Shown here: positions 59,012 to 64,000 of the stretch, in pieces | Position numbering within the stretch: the first letter of the stretch is position 1 | Layout of the letters: every line of letters begins with the position of its first letter | Assembly (NCBI GenBank): GCA_041666325.1 | Contig: JBAYHC010000002.1 | Span: forward strand, 51,635-115,634 | DNA: 64,000 nt | Source of the DNA: Patescibacteria group bacterium | GTDB taxonomy: Bacteria > Patescibacteriota > UBA1384 > XYA2-FULL-43-10 > 1-14-0-10-43-13 | Direction of reading: 5' to 3' | The notes under the pieces: generated by a model | What the model was told of the DNA's origin: nothing | Seen by the model: the letters and a program-made list of their open reading frames with translations, nothing else | The model's database searches: none | Program-made: the position numbers and the translations under genes

Positions 59012-61183
59012 ATGGATATTCCAGAAGAGTCGACTAAAATCCAATTTTTGAAGGGCGTTGGGCCGAAGATGGCGGATAAATTTAATCGTCTGGGCATTGA
59101 TGATGTCGAAGATCTGCTTTTTCATTGGCCAAGAAGATACGAGGATTATACTCGAATTAGTAGAATATCCGATCTGAACGGAGGTGCTAGGTATGATTCG
59201 ACGGCAGGCGAAAACACAAATCCCTATGAATATGATCCATCTATTCACTCTGTTCGGGGGAGAGTTCTTGGCGTAGTCAATAAGCTTACATCGCGCCAGA
59301 GAATGAAAATAACAGAGGCTGTCGTCGAGGATGGCAGTGGCACGATTAAGCTCGTTTGGTTTAATCAACCTTTCTTGAAGCAGACATTGAGGGTCGGTTC
59401 CGAATGGATATTTCGCGGCAAGGTGATTTATGACTCGTTTAACCATGTTTATGTAATGGAATCGCCAAACAGGGTAAAATTTCCGTGTATAGTACCTGTT
59501 TATCCAACTACTGCCGGCCTGACAAGCAACTATATCACCAAGCTGATCAGCAGTCAGAGGCAAAGAATAGCCAGCCTGATAGACCCTGTTCCTGGTAGCG
59601 TTATTGCAAAGTACAAATTATCACCGCTCGTCGATGCTGTATTAAAACTTCATACGCCAGTAAGATTTGAGGATATCCAAGAATCTCAGAGAAGGATCGC
59701 TTTCGATGAACTTTTTTTGCTGTCTCTCTGTTCCAGGATGATAAAGGATGAAAATCGGGTTTGCCAGGCACCGATAATGAGAATAGACAATTCAGAAATA
59801 GATGATTTTATAAACGCTCTTCCCTTTGGGCTGACCGATGACCAAAAAACAGTGACATGGCAAGTCATCAAGGATATGGCAAGTCCAACTGCAATGAATA
59901 GATTGGTTAATGGCGATGTTGGTAGCGGAAAAACGATTGTAGCAGGGATTGCTGCTTATGTCGGTACCAAGTCTGGGTTTAAGGTTGTTGTGATGGTTCC
60001 CACGGAAGTTCTTGCGTCTCAGCATTATTCAACCTTTTGCAATCTTTTTGAGCGATATGGGATATCGGTTGGTCTGCTCACGTCATCAATGAAAAAAATT
60101 TCGACAGAGGAGACGCCGAAGGGGAAGAAAGTATCTAAGCCAGAACAGGCCGACATTGTAATAGGAACGCAGGCTCTGTTGCAGAAGAGCGTTAATTTGG
60201 ATAATGTCGGTCTGGTTATAGTTGACGAGCAGCACCGATTTGGTGTAACCCAGCGAGCTGCGTTAAGACAGATTCCATCTAGTGGTGAAAGTAGCGATGA
60301 CATGAGTCAGGAACTGGGCAAGCGCTCTCCCCATTTCCTTAGTATGACTGCAACGCCAATTCCTCGCACGCTCTATCTAGCACTTTTTGATGATCTTGAT
60401 GTGTCGGTAATTAAGCAGAAACCAAAGAATCGAAAAGAGATAAAGACAAGATGTGTTGAGCCACACAATCGAGACAAGGCGTACCAATTCATTCGCAAGC
60501 AAATTGAATCTAGCCGGCAAGTTTTTGTTATTTGTCCGCTAATCGAGCAACAGGAAGATGTTTTGAATGAAAGAAGCCTTGAGCTGTGGGAGGAAGATCG
60601 AAAGTCAGTTGCTCGGGAGTATGAAAAACTGAGCAAGCATGTTTTTCCGGAGTTTCGAGTGGCAATGCTTCATGGCAAGATGAAACCCAAAGAAAAAGAT
60701 TCTATTCTCACCGATTTCGCCGATAAAAAATTCGATATTCTTGTTAGCACATCTGTTATTGAAGTGGGAATAGATGTGCCAAATGCAACGGTTATGATTA
60801 TCGAGAATGCAGAAAGATTTGGTTTGGCCCAAATTCATCAGTTTCGCGGTCGTGTTGGTCGGGGAGAGCAGCAGTCTTTTTGTTTTCTTTTTTCAAATTC
60901 CCGCTCCTTTGGGGCAATCGAGCGGTTGCACAAACTGGAGGAAATCTCTGATGGATTTAAGCTGGCAGAGATAGACCTGGAGACTCGGGGTCCGGGAGAT
61001 ATCTTGGGAACATTGCAATCTGGACAGGTGCAGTTGAAAATGGCCAGCTTTTGCGATAGAATGTTGATCGAGCAGGCAAGTGAAGCAGCTTCTTTTGTTT
61101 TCAGAGAAGATCCGACACTGGCACGTCTTCCTGCCCTGAAAGAGCGGATTCTTCGGCTCGAGATGAACAAGCACATGGAGTAA
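59012..61183 (+). CDS. recG: ATP-dependent DNA helicase RecG
   Basis: GDVGSGKT, DEQHRFG, MTATPIPR, QFRGRVGRG and RGPGD motifs. Confidence 0.96.
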   Translation: MDIPEESTKIQFLKGVGPKMADKFNRLGIDDVEDLLFHWPRRYEDYTRISRISDLNGGARYDSTAGENTNPYEYDPSIHSVRGRVLGVVNKLTSRQRMKITEAVVEDGSGTIKLVWFNQPFLKQTLRVGSEWIFRGKVIYDSFNHVYVMESPNRVKFPCIVPVYPTTAGLTSNYITKLISSQRQRIASLIDPVPGSVIAKYKLSPLVDAVLKLHTPVRFEDIQESQRRIAFDELFLLSLCSRMIKDENRVCQAPIMRIDNSEIDDFINALPFGLTDDQKTVTWQVIKDMASPTAMNRLVNGDVGSGKTIVAGIAAYVGTKSGFKVVVMVPTEVLASQHYSTFCNLFERYGISVGLLTSSMKKISTEETPKGKKVSKPEQADIVIGTQALLQKSVNLDNVGLVIVDEQHRFGVTQRAALRQIPSSGESSDDMSQELGKRSPHFLSMTATPIPRTLYLALFDDLDVSVIKQKPKNRKEIKTRCVEPHNRDKAYQFIRKQIESSRQVFVICPLIEQQEDVLNERSLELWEEDRKSVAREYEKLSKHVFPEFRVAMLHGKMKPKEKDSILTDFADKKFDILVSTSVIEVGIDVPNATVMIIENAERFGLAQIHQFRGRVGRGEQQSFCFLFSNSRSFGAIERLHKLEEISDGFKLAEIDLETRGPGDILGTLQSGQVQLKMASFCDRMLIEQASEAASFVFREDPTLARLPALKERILRLEMNKHME

Positions 61184-61209
61184 CCAGTCGCAAAGGGGTA
61201 TTGTGGCTT

Positions 61210-61776
61210 ATGAAAGAAGATAGTGCCAATCCGGGTCATTTGATCGAGAAGTATCGCTTTTTAATTGGCGGAGTGCTGCTGCTCGCTGTTTTATCAAGTG
61301 CTGCAGTTCTTCTCTATCGAGAGAACTACACTAAGGTTCGATCAAAAGGCGATATTGAGCGTCTCGGAGCCGAGGTAGTTAAGCTGGACAAAGCGATTGC
61401 TGAGATAAGGGAACAACAACAGCGATTGATTGTCTCTGCTTCGAATCAGTCCAAGACGCAAGAGGGTCAGCAGGCGGCAAATGTTGCCCAGGCGTCTGAG
61501 TCAATCACTAGAGATGCCGGCGTAGTAAAGGGGCAATCAACTCAATCTGTTTCGCCAGAAAAGCCACAAGTGGTCGTTTCTGCTACGGTAAATATCAATA
61601 CAGCATCAGTCGAACAATTGGACGCCTTGCCCGGAATCGGGCCGACCTATGCCAAACGGATCGTCGAGTACCGGGAAGCGAACGGCAAGTTTGCATCGAT
61701 TGACGAAGTTATGAAGGTCAAGGGCATTGGCCCGAAGACGTTCGAAAAGTTTAAGGACAAGATAACGGTTCAATAA
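61210..61776 (+). CDS. comEA: ComEA-family DNA receptor (HhH)
   Basis: N-terminal TM; VNINTAS..L..LPGIGP..A..I..YR..V.GIG. Confidence 0.88.
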   Translation: MKEDSANPGHLIEKYRFLIGGVLLLAVLSSAAVLLYRENYTKVRSKGDIERLGAEVVKLDKAIAEIREQQQRLIVSASNQSKTQEGQQAANVAQASESITRDAGVVKGQSTQSVSPEKPQVVVSATVNINTASVEQLDALPGIGPTYAKRIVEYREANGKFASIDEVMKVKGIGPKTFEKFKDKITVQ

Positions 61777-61851
61777 CAAAGAAGCCAGTAAGCGTATAAG
61801 CGGGTCAGCTGAAACGCTGAGAAGCTTATTCGCTTACAAGCCAATCGATTT

Positions 61852-61937
61852 GCTCGGGTGGTGGAATGGTAGACACGCTAGCCTTAGGAGCTAGTGGGGT
61901 AAAACCCGTGGAGGTTCAAGTCCTCTCCCGAGCACCA
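61852..61937 (+). tRNA. tRNA-Leu (anticodon TAG), CCA encoded
   Basis: Acceptor stem gctcggg/cccgagc, D-loop GG, anticodon arm ctagc-cttagga-gctag, long variable arm, T-loop ggttcaa. Confidence 0.95.
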
Positions 61938-61976
61938 AATTAAAAATACCAGTTAACTGGTATTTTTAATTTGGTG
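61933..61976. terminator. Perfect 44-bp palindrome overlapping the tRNA 3' end
   Basis: caccaaattaaaaataccagtt|aactggtatttttaatttggtg. Confidence 0.7.
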
Positions 61977-62106
61977 AAAATGTAGAGCTTCGTCCTATAC
62001 CAGAGGTCATTGTACGGGAAATAACTTTCGCATATAATGATAGCTAAGGATACAAGCCTGCTTTTATTGTATCAGGCAGGAGGTTAAAAGGATTGGGAGG
62101 GCTGGA

Positions 62107-64000
62107 TTGCCAGTGGGCGGTAAGTTCAATCTTACGGAAGAGATCGACAACCAAATAGTCTTAGTACAGAAAAGTACCAAGACTGTTTTGCCGTTTATGG
62201 CTAAGCCCCATAACAAACTTCGCCAAAAGTTCCATTGGTATTATAAATGGCATTTAAATCCATATCACAAAATTGTTCATTGGTCAGCGTTATCGCTTCA
62301 TGTCGCCGTTATTTTCTCCCTTGTTGCAAGCTCAGTTTTTCTTGGCCGCTTACCGGCGAGCGCAGCCACGACAACAAAAACATGGACAACATATAATGAT
62401 TTTACAAACAACGCTTCAACAGTAAACTCGGCAACTACTCAAGCCTCGGTCACGGTGGCCGGTTCGGGAATTCCTGCCGATGTCACAGCCGGCACGGTGA
62501 CGGTTAGTCCGGGTACAGCCTCGGAAGATTTTTCGACCACAACCAACAAAGATGCCGGCAGTACAACGGCGACCTGGGATACCACTGCTCAAACAGTATC
62601 AAGCCCAAGTAGCTGGGGTGACAAGACCGCATCGGCGCCAACGATCTCTGCTGGCAGCTATATGAGTTTTGTTGATGCCAATAATGGTTATGCAATAGTT
62701 GCGTCTAACAAATATGTTTATAAGACCACGAATGGTGGTGTGAGCTGGACACAGCCGTCTATTGTGACTCTTGGCTCTAGTACCATCGCAATATCCTCGA
62801 TGCATTTTATTAGTGCAACGACCGGTTTTGTGGCCGGGACTTGGAATGATCCGGAGTATTGGGATCCCGCTGGGTGCTGGGATCCGGATTACAACGAATG
62901 GTACGGCTGTAATGTGTCCGGTCCAAGCGGTTCGGTTATATTTCGGACGACTAATAGCGGGGGTAGCTGGACGGCGGTTTCACAGTTGAGCCAGGGTGCT
63001 GGCGAGACAGTGACGGGCATTAATTTCCCTAGTGCGAGTATCGGTTACGCAGTTGGACAGAACAATCTAATTCTAAAAACTACTGATGGCGGAGCAAACT
63101 GGAGCGCACAGACCGGTTCGGGTAATTTCACCTCCGTCTACTGCGCAAGCACGACTACCTGTTGGGCGGTTGGCACTGGTAACGTGATCCTAAAAACGAC
63201 AAATGGCGGCACCAACTGGAGCGCTCAGACTAGTGGCACCGCTCAAACTCTAAGCTCAATAGCTTGTAGTGGTGCAAGTAATTGTATTGCGGCTGGGGCA
63301 TCCGGAACTACTGTTAAGACAACAGACGGCGGCACGAACTGGAGCGTTTCCACTATTGTGAATACCCCGACGCTCAATTCCGTGGTAATGATTTCTAGCA
63401 CCGTAGCTTATATTATTGGCAGCAATGGTTTTTATAAGACGGATAATACTGGATCGAGTTGGTGGAGCAGAATCGGCCCGACGCCAGCTGCTCAATCGGC
63501 CGTCCAGCTGTCCTCGACGGCCGGTGTTGCCGCTACGAGTGCTGGTATTGTCAGAACAACTGATGGCTGGACAAGCGTGTGGCAAAACAAGTCAATGGCA
63601 GCAATTAATTTCCGCTCGATTTCTTTTCCGACAACCTCTGTCGGCTTTGCGGCTGGTGACGGGGGAGTAATTTATACTACTGCTGATGGTGGAGCAACGT
63701 GGACGGCCCAGACAAGTAATACAGTAAACAACTTAAGGTCAATTTATTTTTCTGATGCGAGCAACGGCTGGGCAGTCGGTGTCTCTGGCACAATCATGCA
63801 CACAGCTAACGGCGGTACGACATGGGCGGCCCAAACAAGCAATACTGCAAACCAGCTAAACGCTGTATATTTTACCGATTCTAGCAACGGCTGGGCAGTT
63901 GGCATCTCCGGTACGATTGACCATACTTCGGATGGCGGGACAACCTGGGCAACGCAGACTAGCAATACCCCAAACGGTCTCAACTCTGTGTTTTTCGTTG
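62107..64000 (+). CDS. Large surface protein with BNR/YCF48-like beta-propeller repeats (runs off the window)
   Basis: Open frame with no stop to the window end, so absent from the ORF track; WYYKWH..HW plus a hydrophobic segment; repeated T.DGG..W..Q.S units; start TTG 62107, GTG 62113 or ATG 62197. Confidence 0.85.
   Translation, partial: MPVGGKFNLTEEIDNQIVLVQKSTKTVLPFMAKPHNKLRQKFHWYYKWHLNPYHKIVHWSALSLHVAVIFSLVASSVFLGRLPASAATTTKTWTTYNDFTNNASTVNSATTQASVTVAGSGIPADVTAGTVTVSPGTASEDFSTTTNKDAGSTTATWDTTAQTVSSPSSWGDKTASAPTISAGSYMSFVDANNGYAIVASNKYVYKTTNGGVSWTQPSIVTLGSSTIAISSMHFISATTGFVAGTWNDPEYWDPAGCWDPDYNEWYGCNVSGPSGSVIFRTTNSGGSWTAVSQLSQGAGETVTGINFPSASIGYAVGQNNLILKTTDGGANWSAQTGSGNFTSVYCASTTTCWAVGTGNVILKTTNGGTNWSAQTSGTAQTLSSIACSGASNCIAAGASGTTVKTTDGGTNWSVSTIVNTPTLNSVVMISSTVAYIIGSNGFYKTDNTGSSWWSRIGPTPAAQSAVQLSSTAGVAATSAGIVRTTDGWTSVWQNKSMAAINFRSISFPTTSVGFAAGDGGVIYTTADGGATWTAQTSNTVNNLRSIYFSDASNGWAVGVSGTIMHTANGGTTWAAQTSNTANQLNAVYFTDSSNGWAVGISGTIDHTSDGGTTWATQTSNTPNGLNSVFFV

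Noticed and set aside
58925-59563. 212-aa minus-strand ORF
   Set aside because: Antisense to recG, no recognisable motif
62504-63983. Short ORFs listed near the window end
   Set aside because: Shadows of the long unterminated plus-strand surface-protein frame

Overview
Chromosomal segment of a small-genome bacterium using the standard bacterial code. It is most likely Patescibacteria/CPR, possibly Berkelbacteria-like; this is inferred from gene content and sequence style, not from a search. From left to right it holds: (1) a surface-glycan cluster (two GT4 enzymes, three O-antigen-ligase-like proteins, one GT-C transferase); (2) a K+-independent H+-pyrophosphatase, a VanW-family protein, a P-type ATPase and pyrG; (3) groES-groEL, efp, rpsF-ssb-rpsR and ychF; (4) an accessory block at about 26-40 kb of mostly monocistronic orphan genes, with an MBL hydrolase, a STAS protein, a dGTPase-like HD protein, a TrmB regulator and a REP-framed GIY-YIG nuclease; (5) pcrA, an RpfB-like G5 protein, rsmA, an HTH-NRAMP fusion, rsmI, Nudix, DedA, metG and tatD; (6) an amidase plus lytic transglycosylase cassette; (7) folD, recG, comEA, tRNA-Leu(TAG) and the start of a large BNR/YCF48-repeat surface protein. 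No CRISPR array, rRNA or IS transposase was seen. The most striking unexplained signals are non-coding: a ~530-nt highly structured region without a convincing ORF, between a perfect sigma70 promoter and a terminator (33.0-33.56 kb); a Leu-rich leader-peptide attenuator in front of an orphan gene (50.6-50.86 kb); a tiny promoter-hairpin RNA with a C-rich loop (19.3 kb); and pervasive inverted arrays of 7-9-nt units that also appear in frame inside genes. All family assignments come from motif recognition by eye; no database search or folding program was run.
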